Part shown: positions 29,426 to 39,581 of the stretch, one piece after another
How positions within the stretch are numbered: position 1 is the stretch's first letter
How the letters are laid out: every line of letters begins with the position of its first letter
NCBI GenBank assembly: GCA_944323395.1
Contig: CALUSI010000010.1
Span: 9,359 to 73,358 of the forward strand
Direction of reading: 5' to 3'
Length of the DNA: 64,000 bases
Source of the DNA: Candidatus Gastranaerophilales bacterium
Lineage (GTDB): Bacteria; Cyanobacteriota; Vampirovibrionia; Gastranaerophilales; Gastranaerophilaceae
Made by a program: the position numbers and the translations under genes
Notes under the pieces: generated by a model
Told to the model about the DNA's origin: nothing
The model's database searches: none
What the model saw: the letters and a program-made list of their open reading frames with translations, nothing else

Positions 29426-30799
29426 TTACTCCTTATAAGGTAGAACCTTGTTTAAAGCTTTGTAGGCTATATCTGTTAGTTTTTCTATTTCTTTTTCAGT
29501 AATAATATAAGGTGTTATAAAATAGATACAGTTCCACATCGGTCTTAGAATTGCACCAAGTTTTAATCCTTCATTATAAATCTTTTTGCCAATGCCCTCT
29601 TCATATTTAAAAGGTTCTTTTGTCTCTTTATTTTTTACAAGTTCAACTGCGCATATCATACCTGTTTGTCTTATATCACCAACATTTGGATGATTCCTGA
29701 ATTTTTCAAGTTCTTTCGAAAATTTTGCAATTTTGGGTTTCAAATACTCTTCAATGTTCATTTCTTCAAGAATTTTAAGGTTTTCAAGAGCAACAGCAAG
29801 TGCCAGTGGATAGGCAGTATAACTGTGACCGTGATAGAAAGTTTTATAACCGTCTAAATCATCATCATAAAAGGCATTATATATTTCATCCGTTGTAACT
29901 GTTACGGATAAAGGCATATAGCCTGCTGTTATACCTTTTGCAGCACATATGATATCAGGTACAATACCGGCATGTTCATATGCAAATAATTTACCTGTTC
30001 TGTAAAAGCCCATTGCAACTTCGTCATCAATTAAAAGAATGTTATATTTATCACAAATATCCCTTAGTTTTGTAATGTATTTGGGCGGATACATAATCAT
30101 TCCGCCTGCAGCTTGAACTAATGGTTCAATTATAATACCTGCAATTTTATCTGCTTCTTCTTTTAATATATTTTCTACAGAACTTAAACATTCACAATTA
30201 CAGTTTTCTTTATTGCAATTCATAGGACATCTGTAACAGTATGGGCTTTCAGCTTGTCTTATTTCAAAAAGCAGTGGCTTATATAATTTATGATACATGT
30301 CAATACCGCCAACAGAAATGGCTCCCAGTGTGTCACCGTGGTATGAATTCTTTAATGCGATGAATTTTTTCTTCTCCGGATGCCCTTTTAAAACTTGGTA
30401 TTGATATGCCATTTTTAATGCTACTTCAACAGCTGTAGAACCATTATCAGAATAAAAAACGTGTTTCAATTTATTATTTAACATTGAAATTAATTTTTTA
30501 GAAAATTTTATTACTGGTTCATGCGAAAATCCCCCAAAGATAACATGTTCTATCTTTTTAGATTGTTTGTATATTGTTTTATTTATTCTTTTATTTGAGT
30601 GTCCAAGTGTATTTACCCACCAAGAAGAAACAGCATCAATGTATTTATTTCCGTCAATATCTTCTAAATATATACCTTTACCCCTTTTTATGATAATCGG
30701 CTTATTATTAACATCTTCTAATGATTTCATTTGTGTAAAAGGACGCCATATATATTTAAAATCATCGTCTAAGAGTTGCTGTTTATTCATTTTTAACAC
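29426..30799 (-). CDS. bioA: adenosylmethionine-8-amino-7-oxononanoate aminotransferase
   Basis: Class-III aminotransferase motifs: SWWVNTLGH, DNGSTAVE, LIDDEVAMGFYRTG, and PLP-Lys in AAKGITAGY. Confidence 0.9.
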   Translation of the reverse strand: MLKMNKQQLLDDDFKYIWRPFTQMKSLEDVNNKPIIIKRGKGIYLEDIDGNKYIDAVSSWWVNTLGHSNKRINKTIYKQSKKIEHVIFGGFSHEPVIKFSKKLISMLNNKLKHVFYSDNGSTAVEVALKMAYQYQVLKGHPEKKKFIALKNSYHGDTLGAISVGGIDMYHKLYKPLLFEIRQAESPYCYRCPMNCNKENCNCECLSSVENILKEEADKIAGIIIEPLVQAAGGMIMYPPKYITKLRDICDKYNILLIDDEVAMGFYRTGKLFAYEHAGIVPDIICAAKGITAGYMPLSVTVTTDEIYNAFYDDDLDGYKTFYHGHSYTAYPLALAVALENLKILEEMNIEEYLKPKIAKFSKELEKFRNHPNVGDIRQTGMICAVELVKNKETKEPFKYEEGIGKKIYNEGLKLGAILRPMWNCIYFITPYIITEKEIEKLTDIAYKALNKVLPYKE

Positions 30800-30858
30800 C
30801 CTTTCTTCATACCATTTTAATTATAGTACGAAGAAAAAAGTTCAAATAAATTAATTTA

Positions 30859-31344
30859 TCATATTCCCAAATCGGCTCTATTTGTTTTTGAAAGCAAGTC
30901 CATTGCACTTAATAGTGATGATTCTCCTGTTGTTATATTTTTAAATTCATTTTCTAATATTTCAAGTTCTGACCTTAAAACATTAATATTTGAATTGTTA
31001 TTATTTTCTTCTAATGCTTTCAGTTTTTCATCTATTTTAGTAAATATAGCTTCTATATTCTCGTTTTTACTTACATCTATTCCAATTTTTCCGGCAAGAT
31101 TCTTTATTCGATTATAAAGTTTTTCTTCTTGACTGCCTGCTTCTGCTTGTTTTGTTTTTGTTTTTTCTGATTTTTTTGCTTCCTCTTCTGCAATTATTCG
31201 TTTAGCTTCAGTTTCGGAAGTTACACTTGATACATCAATATTAAGTGCTTTCAGTTTCTTTTTTGTAGCTTCAGAAAGTTCCTCTTTTTTATTTATTGAA
31301 CTATTGTTTGAATTTAATGACGATACTGAATAAATAAAAGACAT
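30859..31344 (-). CDS. hypothetical helical, K/E-rich protein
   Basis: ORF only; no recognisable motifs. Confidence 0.45.
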   Translation of the reverse strand: MSFIYSVSSLNSNNSSINKKEELSEATKKKLKALNIDVSSVTSETEAKRIIAEEEAKKSEKTKTKQAEAGSQEEKLYNRIKNLAGKIGIDVSKNENIEAIFTKIDEKLKALEENNNNSNINVLRSELEILENEFKNITTGESSLLSAMDLLSKTNRADLGI

Positions 31345-31491
31345 GGCAATTCCTCGTGTATAAGTATATACATTGTATATATCGTCATTGTTTTTCCATA
31401 CTTTAGTTTTATTTACAAAAGTTTACACATTGTTTTTTTTAAATCAATTTTGAATTTTTTTTTATTTTATACTAATGGGTAAGGACTTTTT

Positions 31492-33213
31492 ATGAATCTT
31501 AATGGTATAAAATCTTCAATAGAAAATGTAGGTATTCGTGGTAATTATGGATTACAAAAGAAAAATAATTATAGTGAAATCAGTAATCCAATAGCAGAAA
31601 AGAACCTAAGTACATATAGTGTTGAAAATTTAAAAGCCAATTATGCTCCTGTATCATTTAAAGGTAATGCGCCAAGAATTACAAATGCTTACATAATTAC
31701 AGGAGAAAAAGAAGATTTGCCTTTACTTGTAACAAAGAAAAACGAATCTTATGTAATAGATTTTGACTCACAAACAGAAATTATATATGGTATAGATGCA
31801 ATAAAGTATCTTAATGAAGCAAAAAGTTTTCATTATGATACACAAGTTATTTTTCCAAAAAAATCCGAAGGTATATTGCACATAAAAGGGAAAGATATAC
31901 CATTACCGGAAAATTCAGCAGTTATGATAAATGCTGATACAGAAGCCAGAATTGAAGTAACAAAAGGCTTTCCAATGATGATAATTTCTAAAAAAGATTA
32001 TGATTGGTATGAGCGATATGGTAAAAATGCACAAGATGCAAATATAAGAAACAAATTCCTAGAACTAATGTATTATAATTCACATTTATATAATGGTGAA
32101 TTTACTCCAAATGTTCTATTACCAGAAAAATTTAGAGATGAAGCATTCTTAAAAACTATATCAATAGATAAGTGGGCAATAAGAAATAATCTAATAAATG
32201 AATTATATTCAAAGAAGGATCTTTTGAACGAAGAAGATAGATGTATAGTAAAACAAACAAAAAAATTACTGGATACACTATTTGAAAAGCAAATTATAAC
32301 ACAGAAAGATGATGGCTATGTAAGATTCTCTGTTATGTACAACAGAGACTACATGAGAAAATATTTAAAAGAAAAGGGTTTTACAGATGAAGAAATAAGA
32401 TTATTGGAACCTGTATATAACCAAGCAAGACAAGTTCATATAGATTCTAAATTTTCACACAAAAATCCTGTAGAAGGATATAGGACCGAATTAATCGAAA
32501 AAATGAAAGCAAAAGGAATTTTACATTCAAATAAAAAAGATGCCGATAAATGGATATATTGGCAAGAATGTTTTGGAAACGAAGAATCTTTAAGAAAAAG
32601 ACTTACTCAAGAAGACTTCAGTGCAGAAGAACAAGATGAAATTGTCAGAAATTGGCATTCTGCAAATAATACAGGTTTTGATATAAGTGGTTTAAAATTT
32701 ATTGATGAAAATGTTGCTGTATATAATCTTAATGATAAATTAAATAATTGGACTCACGAAAAAACAAATTGGGTTACTAATTCAACAGCAATAGCATCAA
32801 CTGAAGGAAAGACTCCTTTTATAGGTGTTTCTATGGTTCAGACTGATGAAAATAGACCAATTAAAATGTCTGAATTACGTAGGGAAGAAAAATTACACGC
32901 GCATCCAAATCTAGAAGAAAAACGACAGACAGAAATATATGTTATTACCAGTGGTGCTGCAGCTTTAAATGTTGTAAAGGAAGGTAAAAGCTGTGTAAAA
33001 ATTTTAAAAGAAGGAGAACTGGCTGTTGTTGGTCCAGGCGTTGCTCATTGTGTGAATTCAATATTAGGAGAATATGAACATATCGTGGCACAAGTCCCTT
33101 CAGCTTTTCAATATGGTTTTAGTTTTAAATCTATTGTAGATAAACCCAATGATTATGACGAAGAATTATTACAAAAAAAAGCGCTTGAGGAACTAGATAA
33201 AATCAAAAAATAG
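31492..33213 (+). CDS. hypothetical protein with C-terminal cupin-like domain
   Basis: The C-terminal HAHPNLEE...EIYVITSG...GELAVVGPGVAHCV pattern resembles the cupin two-motif signature. The rest is unassignable. Confidence 0.5.
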   Translation: MNLNGIKSSIENVGIRGNYGLQKKNNYSEISNPIAEKNLSTYSVENLKANYAPVSFKGNAPRITNAYIITGEKEDLPLLVTKKNESYVIDFDSQTEIIYGIDAIKYLNEAKSFHYDTQVIFPKKSEGILHIKGKDIPLPENSAVMINADTEARIEVTKGFPMMIISKKDYDWYERYGKNAQDANIRNKFLELMYYNSHLYNGEFTPNVLLPEKFRDEAFLKTISIDKWAIRNNLINELYSKKDLLNEEDRCIVKQTKKLLDTLFEKQIITQKDDGYVRFSVMYNRDYMRKYLKEKGFTDEEIRLLEPVYNQARQVHIDSKFSHKNPVEGYRTELIEKMKAKGILHSNKKDADKWIYWQECFGNEESLRKRLTQEDFSAEEQDEIVRNWHSANNTGFDISGLKFIDENVAVYNLNDKLNNWTHEKTNWVTNSTAIASTEGKTPFIGVSMVQTDENRPIKMSELRREEKLHAHPNLEEKRQTEIYVITSGAAALNVVKEGKSCVKILKEGELAVVGPGVAHCVNSILGEYEHIVAQVPSAFQYGFSFKSIVDKPNDYDEELLQKKALEELDKIKK

Positions 33214-33323
33214 TTAAGTGAGACTAATCAAGTATTTTATTGTTTTTCCTTTATTTTTATCTAATAATAATATATTGTAGTAAACATCATTTATTAAATT
33301 TTACAAAATCAATCAGTAATTAT

Positions 33324-34283
33324 ATGTTGAAAGAAAAATCTTTATTAGCAAAAATAGAAGAAGTTAAGTTTTCTGGTAAGGTAGAGAACCCAAAGATATC
33401 TATTATCGTACCAGTTTACAATGCAGAAACTTATATTGAAAGATGTTTATATTACCTGATATTACAAACAATAAAAGAAATAGAAATTATTTTAGTCAAT
33501 GATGGTTCTACAGATAATACTATGTCTATTATAAGAGAAATTGCTCAGAAAGACAGCCGTATTATAATTTTAGAACAAGAAAATAAACTTCAAGGAGCAG
33601 CAAGAAACAAAGGTTTATCAATCGCAACAGGAGAATATATAGGATTTTGCGATGCAGACGATTATATAGATTTTGAATATTATGAAAAATTATATAATAC
33701 AGCTAAAAAGTATGATGCAGATATTGCTCTTGCTGCAAATGTAAGAGTTAGTAAAACAAAATATAAACCTCGCTTGAATATAAAAAATGAAGAAGTTTTT
33801 GTTGATATTCTTGATAAGTTTAATGTATGTAATCAAAAAAAGAATGAATGTCCTACAAACAAAATATATAAAAGTTCATATCTTAAGAAAAATAATATTC
33901 TGTTCCCAGAAGGAGTATACTGCGAAGACAAATTATTTTCAGTGAAATCAGTATATTATTCAAATAAAATTGTTACAGTTCCTAATGTACATTATTATTA
34001 CTGGGAAAATCCAAATTCTACAGTTAATTCACGAAAGACAAAAAAACATATAAAAGATAGATGTATTGCCAAAAAGGCGGTATTGGATTTTGTAAAAGAA
34101 AAGGAAATTCCTGTGGAAAATTGGTATTTTAAAGCAGAAAAGAAAAGGATAGGATTCTACTATTTTCCTATTTTTGTAATACAAGAAAGTACAGAGTCTG
34201 AAAAATGGTTTTTATTTGGTATCTTTTGTGTATATGAAAAGAAGTTTTTAAAACAAAAAAACGAGGACGATATTATATCTTAA
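33324..34283 (+). CDS. family-2 glycosyltransferase
   Basis: ISIIVPVYNAETYIERCL, NDGSTD, and the DADD DxD region. The track ORF starts at TTG 33240; ATG 33324 fits the GT2 N-terminus. Confidence 0.85.
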   Translation: MLKEKSLLAKIEEVKFSGKVENPKISIIVPVYNAETYIERCLYYLILQTIKEIEIILVNDGSTDNTMSIIREIAQKDSRIIILEQENKLQGAARNKGLSIATGEYIGFCDADDYIDFEYYEKLYNTAKKYDADIALAANVRVSKTKYKPRLNIKNEEVFVDILDKFNVCNQKKNECPTNKIYKSSYLKKNNILFPEGVYCEDKLFSVKSVYYSNKIVTVPNVHYYYWENPNSTVNSRKTKKHIKDRCIAKKAVLDFVKEKEIPVENWYFKAEKKRIGFYYFPIFVIQESTESEKWFLFGIFCVYEKKFLKQKNEDDIIS

Positions 34284-34302
34284 AAAATATTTGAGGTCTT
34301 TT

Positions 34303-35424
34303 ATGGCAGATTCTTTAAACACAGAAAGTAATATTGTTGTAGGGTGTGGTATTTCAGGTGCTGTTATTGCAAATCTAATAGCCACAAAGTTTAATGAAAA
34401 AGTCATAATAATTGAAAAGAAAAGCCATATAGCAGGAAGCTGTTTTGATTATAGAGATAACAACGGAATTTGTATTCATAAATATGGTTCACATATTTTT
34501 CATACTAATAGTGAAATTGTCTGGGATTATTTATCACAATTTACCAAATTCAACAACTATAAACACAAGGTTATTGCTATTGTAGATGGTATTGAAACTA
34601 ATATTCCATTTAATTTTAATTCTTTGTATCAGGTTTTTCCTAAAAATATAGCATTGAAATTACAAAATAAATTAATAGAAAATTATGGACAAGATTCCAA
34701 AATTCCAATTTTGGAACTAAAAAAAGAAAAAGATAAAGATTTAAATTTTCTTGCTGATTTCATATATAAAAAAATATTTCTTGAATATACAAAAAAACAA
34801 TGGGGGATACCTCCTGAAAAAATAGACTCAACAGTTACAGCAAGAGTTCCTATATATATCTGTAAAGACAACAGATATTTTCACGATAAATATCAAGGAA
34901 TACCAATAAATGGCTATACAGAATTAATAAAGAAAATGATTTCTCATCCCAATATAACTGTAAAGTTGAATACAGATTATAAGAATGTAAAATTAAAATA
35001 TAAAAGATTATTTTACACTGGTTCAATTGACGAATTTTTTGATTATAAGTATGGGAAATTGCCATATCGAAGTTTAAGATTTGAATTTGAAGAATATAAT
35101 TACGCTTACTATCAAAAATCAGCGGTTGTTAATTATACAACAAGCGAAGACTTTACAAGAATTCATGAATATAAATATTATCTTAATGATAAGTCTGATA
35201 AAACAGTAATTGTTAAAGAATATTCTGAAAATTTTGAAGAAGGAAAAAATGAAAGATATTATCCAATTGTTAACGAGGAAAATCTTTCATTATATAACAA
35301 GTATTTAGAGGAGGCAAAACATATAAAAAATCTTTGGTTTTTTGGGCGTCTAGGTGATTATAAATATTATGATATTGATAAAGCAATTATTAGGGCAATT
35401 AATTTAATTAAAACAATTCAATAA
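34303..35424 (+). CDS. glf: UDP-galactopyranose mutase
   Basis: FAD motif VGCGISGAVIANLIA, YGSHIFHT, YTKKQWG, and the C-terminal FFGRLGDYKYYDIDKAI characteristic of Glf. Confidence 0.88.
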   Translation: MADSLNTESNIVVGCGISGAVIANLIATKFNEKVIIIEKKSHIAGSCFDYRDNNGICIHKYGSHIFHTNSEIVWDYLSQFTKFNNYKHKVIAIVDGIETNIPFNFNSLYQVFPKNIALKLQNKLIENYGQDSKIPILELKKEKDKDLNFLADFIYKKIFLEYTKKQWGIPPEKIDSTVTARVPIYICKDNRYFHDKYQGIPINGYTELIKKMISHPNITVKLNTDYKNVKLKYKRLFYTGSIDEFFDYKYGKLPYRSLRFEFEEYNYAYYQKSAVVNYTTSEDFTRIHEYKYYLNDKSDKTVIVKEYSENFEEGKNERYYPIVNEENLSLYNKYLEEAKHIKNLWFFGRLGDYKYYDIDKAIIRAINLIKTIQ

Positions 35425-35585
35425 AATAGTAAAGGATTTAATAAATAGTACAAAAATAAACATCATGTTTTTCAATATTTTTCTTTAAAAAAATATTCAA
35501 CAAAAGCAACAAAAAAATATTTTGTTATATAATAAAAATCAAAGATATATAAGAAAATGAATAGTTTTTTATAGTCTTGAGTGGT

Positions 35586-35647
35586 TAGGTGATTATAAAT
35601 ATTACGATATAGACAAAACAATTATTAGGGCAATCAGTCTAATTTAG
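35586..35647 (+). pseudogene. remnant of a second glf 3' end (last ~20 codons)
   Basis: TTAGGTGATTATAAATATTACGATATAGACAAAACAATTATTAGGGCAATCAGTCTAATTTAG translates to LGDYKYYDIDKTIIRAISLI*. The intact glf has LGDYKYYDIDKAIIRAINLI at 35350-35409, roughly 85% nt identity by eye. Confidence 0.65.
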
Positions 35648-35660
35648 GAAAATCAAGAAA

Positions 35661-36734
35661 ATGATAAAAGTTTCAATAATAGTTCCAATCTATAACGTAG
35701 AAAGATATTTAAAAACTTGCATTGAAAGTATTCTTAATCAAACATTAACAGAAATAGAAATTATTTGTATAAATGATGGTTCTACTGATTCTTCTTTAGA
35801 TATTTTGCATTCGTTTTCTGAAAAAGATAAACGTATAAGAATAATAAATAAATCAAACAGTGGTTATGGTTCAACTATGAATATGGGACTTTCTGCTGCA
35901 GAAGGCGAGTATATTGGGATAGTCGAGCCTGATGATTTTATCAAAAACAATATGTTTGAAGAATTATATAATCTTGCAAAAAATAACTTTGCAGATATAG
36001 TAAAATCTGATTTCTATTATTATTTTGGTGAAAATAATCAGGCCAGAAAAACCGGAAAAATTAGCCGCTATTTTGCAAATAAAGTAACAAGTATAAAAGA
36101 GCACCCTGAAGTATTAAAAATTCAACCCTCTATTTGGAGTGCAATATACAAAAAAGAACTTATAGATAAACATAAAATTAAGTTTTTGGAAACACCCGGA
36201 GCCAGTTATCAAGATACATCTTTTGCTTTTAAATGTTTATCTTTGGCACAAAGACTCTATTTTACTACTAATGCTTATTTATATTATCGTTTGGATAATG
36301 AGAATTCATCTGTTAATTCCCATTCAAAAGTTTTTGCTATTTGCAGAGAATTTGAAGAGATAACAGATTTTTTAAATGCTAATAAAACATTAAAAGAATA
36401 CACAAATACTATAAAACTTATAAAACAATACCAAACTTATTTTTGGAATTTAAAGAGAATCGATTCTTCATTTAGAAACGAATTTATAGATAAATTTTCA
36501 GATACTTTTAAAGAGTACTATATGAATGGTGAAATAGATGAAAACTTTTATAAAAAAATAAGCAAAAAAGAATTCAATAGTTTGATAAAAAATAAAAAAA
36601 ATTATATTTCAAAAATTCAATCAACACTCGATAAAGAAACTATAAAAATAAAAAGAAGAAAATTATTTTCAATAAGAATAAATCCATCAAGAATAAGCAT
36701 AGTCCTTTTTGGAAGACAGGTTGTTGAAGTCTGA
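35661..36734 (+). CDS. family-2 glycosyltransferase
   Basis: VSIIVPIYNVERYL, NDGSTD, and the EPDD DxD region. Paralogous to the next gene. Confidence 0.85.
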   Translation: MIKVSIIVPIYNVERYLKTCIESILNQTLTEIEIICINDGSTDSSLDILHSFSEKDKRIRIINKSNSGYGSTMNMGLSAAEGEYIGIVEPDDFIKNNMFEELYNLAKNNFADIVKSDFYYYFGENNQARKTGKISRYFANKVTSIKEHPEVLKIQPSIWSAIYKKELIDKHKIKFLETPGASYQDTSFAFKCLSLAQRLYFTTNAYLYYRLDNENSSVNSHSKVFAICREFEEITDFLNANKTLKEYTNTIKLIKQYQTYFWNLKRIDSSFRNEFIDKFSDTFKEYYMNGEIDENFYKKISKKEFNSLIKNKKNYISKIQSTLDKETIKIKRRKLFSIRINPSRISIVLFGRQVVEV

Positions 36735-36781
36735 ATTCAAATGTTTTATGTATAGAGATTTATTTTGAAGAAAGAAATTTA

Positions 36782-37831
36782 ATGTATAAAGTATCAATAA
36801 TAATTCCCATATATAATGTTGAAGCCTATTTAGAACAGTGCTTGCTTAGTGCTATAAATCAATCTTTAAATGATATTGAAATTATTTGTATAAATAATGG
36901 AGCCTCTGGTATAGAACAAAACATATTAAAAAAATACGCAAATAAAAATTCTAAAATAAAAATTATAAATTTTGAGAATAATCAAGGTTATGGAAAGGCT
37001 GTTAATGAAGGTATAAAATCTGCACAAGGTGAATATATTTCAATATTGGAGAGTGATGATTATATTGATAAAAATATGTTGGAAGTTCTTTATAATAAAG
37101 CAAAAGAAAACGATGTTGATATAATAAAATCCGCATATATAGCTTTTAATGACTTTTCTGAAAAATCTTATTTGAATAATTTGAATATTCCAGAAGATAG
37201 AATATTTAATATAAATGATTATCCGGTGTTATTATCAAAACATCCAAGTATATGGTCTTGTTTGTATAAACGCAGTTTTCTTACAGAAAAGAATATATTT
37301 TTTATTGAGGAACAAGGTACCGGATGGGTAGATAATCACTTTTCCGTAAAATCTTTGGTTTTAGCAAAAAAGATTCAATATATAAAAGGTGCATTTTACC
37401 ATTATAGAGTGGAACAAAAAAATTCAAGCTCATCGTTAAGAGACGGTCTTGATATACCTTATAATGCTTCATTGCAGGTTCATAAGTTCTTAAATGAGAG
37501 AAGTATAAAAAATAAAGAAATATATAAAAATCTAGCAATACGAGAGTGGGCATATATAAAAGATGTTATCAACATAAGTTCTTATTCAGATATAAATATT
37601 TCAGAAGATATAATTAATAAGCTTTTTGATTTGATTGGAAACTCATTAGATTGTAATAAAAAATTTATAAAATTCAAAAAAAGAACATATGGGAAATCAA
37701 TATATTATTTATTGTTAAAAAGGGACATAAAAAGCTTTATAAAAAGATTATTTTGTATAAAAATTAGGTATAATGGTCTAGCTTTTTGTTTATTTGGTAA
37801 CAGATGGCTGGTAGCACTAGGAAGGAAATAA
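36782..37831 (+). CDS. family-2 glycosyltransferase
   Basis: VSIIIPIYNVEAYL and the ESDD DxD region. Same architecture as 35661-36734. Confidence 0.85.
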   Translation: MYKVSIIIPIYNVEAYLEQCLLSAINQSLNDIEIICINNGASGIEQNILKKYANKNSKIKIINFENNQGYGKAVNEGIKSAQGEYISILESDDYIDKNMLEVLYNKAKENDVDIIKSAYIAFNDFSEKSYLNNLNIPEDRIFNINDYPVLLSKHPSIWSCLYKRSFLTEKNIFFIEEQGTGWVDNHFSVKSLVLAKKIQYIKGAFYHYRVEQKNSSSSLRDGLDIPYNASLQVHKFLNERSIKNKEIYKNLAIREWAYIKDVINISSYSDINISEDIINKLFDLIGNSLDCNKKFIKFKKRTYGKSIYYLLLKRDIKSFIKRLFCIKIRYNGLAFCLFGNRWLVALGRK

Positions 37832-37832
37832 T

Positions 37833-38648
37833 ATGAAAGTCTTGATTTTGGCAGGTGGTTTAGGTACTAGACTCGGAGAAGAAACAGTCTCAAAACCGAA
37901 ACCAATGGTTGAAATTGGTGGATATCCTATTTTATGGCATATAATGAAAATATATTCTCATTATGGTTTTAATGACTTTGTAATTTTAACTGGCTATAAA
38001 TCACATATGATAAAAGATTATTTTGTTCATTATTATCAAAGATATTCGGATATAACCGTTGATTTACGAACAAATACCGTTGAACTTCACAAAATGCGAA
38101 CCGAACCTTGGAAAGTTACAATGTTATATACTGGTCAAAATACAATGACAGGAGGCCGAATAAAGAAAGCTCAAGATTATGTTGGAAATGAGCCTTTTAT
38201 GTTAACATATGGTGATGGTGTTAGCGACGTAAATATTTCAGAACTATTAGAAACACATAAAAAATCAGGCAAACTAATGACTATGACAGCAGTACAGCCA
38301 TCAGGTCGTTTTGGAGCATTAAATATTAACGAACATAATATGATTACATCGTTTAAGGAAAAACCACAGGGGGATGGAGCTTGGATTAATGGTGGTTTCT
38401 TTGTTTGTGAACCTGAAGTATTTGACTTTATTGAAGCAAATAATCCGGACGAAATATTTGAACGTAAACCACTTGAAAGTATAGCAACACATGGTCAGTT
38501 AAATGCATATAAACATTCAGGATTCTGGAGACCAATGGATACATTAAGAGATAAATTAGATTTAGAAAGTATGTGGGAAACAAATAGTGCGCCTTGGAAA
38601 GTTTGGGATAAACAAAATGCATATGTAAGCTTGGTAGGAAGAGTTTAA
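37833..38648 (+). CDS. rfbF: glucose-1-phosphate cytidylyltransferase
   Basis: MKVLILAGGLGTRL...KPKPMVEIGGYPILWHIMK...GFWRPMDTLRDK is the RfbF/DdhA signature. Confidence 0.9.
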   Translation: MKVLILAGGLGTRLGEETVSKPKPMVEIGGYPILWHIMKIYSHYGFNDFVILTGYKSHMIKDYFVHYYQRYSDITVDLRTNTVELHKMRTEPWKVTMLYTGQNTMTGGRIKKAQDYVGNEPFMLTYGDGVSDVNISELLETHKKSGKLMTMTAVQPSGRFGALNINEHNMITSFKEKPQGDGAWINGGFFVCEPEVFDFIEANNPDEIFERKPLESIATHGQLNAYKHSGFWRPMDTLRDKLDLESMWETNSAPWKVWDKQNAYVSLVGRV

Positions 38649-39548
38649 ATGAATAAAAAAGTTTTAATTACAGGTGGTACCGGTTTTATTGGTAGAAATG
38701 TTGTTAATGAGTTACTAATAAAAGGTTATGAAGTACATTCATTGGTATTTCCGCCTTTTGCACCGGAACAAAAAAACTTAGTTCAGTATGAAATGAATTT
38801 AATGGATGAAAAAGTTGTATCAGCATTCATAAAAGAAAATAATTTTGAAAATTTAATTCATCTTGCATGGTATGTTGGCAAAGGTTGTCAAACTTCGGAA
38901 GTTAATTTGGATTGGGTCAGAGTTTCTCTTAATTTATTGCAAAACTTTGTTGCTAATGGTGGCAAACGGGTTCTATTTACAGGTTCAGTATCCGAATATG
39001 ATTACAGATATGGTTATATGACAGAAGATTTAACACCATTAAATAACGAATATTTGTATGGCAAATCAAAAGCAGCTTTGTACAATGTAGCAAAAGAATT
39101 TTGTTCAAGAAATAATATAGATTTTAAATGGGCAAGACTATTCAATGTATATGGACCCAACGAAAGAGATGCAAGATTAGTCCCATCTGTAATAAAATCA
39201 ATGTTAAATGTAGAAAGTGTAAAAGTATCTACTTGCACAAAATACCAAGATTATTTACATGTAGAAGATATGGCTGGTGGCATCGTAGCTCTTTTTGAAA
39301 GTAAGGTTCAAAATGCCGTTAATATATGTTCCGGCGAACCGATAAAATTAAGGACAATAGTAGAAAAGATTGCGGAATATACAAACTTCACAGGAGAAAT
39401 ATTATGGGGTGCTGTTCCTACTTATTTTGATGAACCACTTGTTGTAGGAAATAATTCCAGATTGAAAAATGAGGTTAAATTTATTCCTAAATATACATTA
39501 GAAGAAGGTTTAATAAATACAATAAACTGGTGGAAAAACAAACAATAA
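38649..39548 (+). CDS. NAD(P)-dependent sugar epimerase/4-ketoreductase (extended SDR)
   Basis: VLITGGTGFIGRNV Rossmann motif and the YGKSK catalytic YxxxK. Located between rfbF and rfbG. Confidence 0.78.
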   Translation: MNKKVLITGGTGFIGRNVVNELLIKGYEVHSLVFPPFAPEQKNLVQYEMNLMDEKVVSAFIKENNFENLIHLAWYVGKGCQTSEVNLDWVRVSLNLLQNFVANGGKRVLFTGSVSEYDYRYGYMTEDLTPLNNEYLYGKSKAALYNVAKEFCSRNNIDFKWARLFNVYGPNERDARLVPSVIKSMLNVESVKVSTCTKYQDYLHVEDMAGGIVALFESKVQNAVNICSGEPIKLRTIVEKIAEYTNFTGEILWGAVPTYFDEPLVVGNNSRLKNEVKFIPKYTLEEGLINTINWWKNKQ

Positions 39549-39581
39549 GATTAAATATAAACAGGAAGAGAGTAAAAATTA

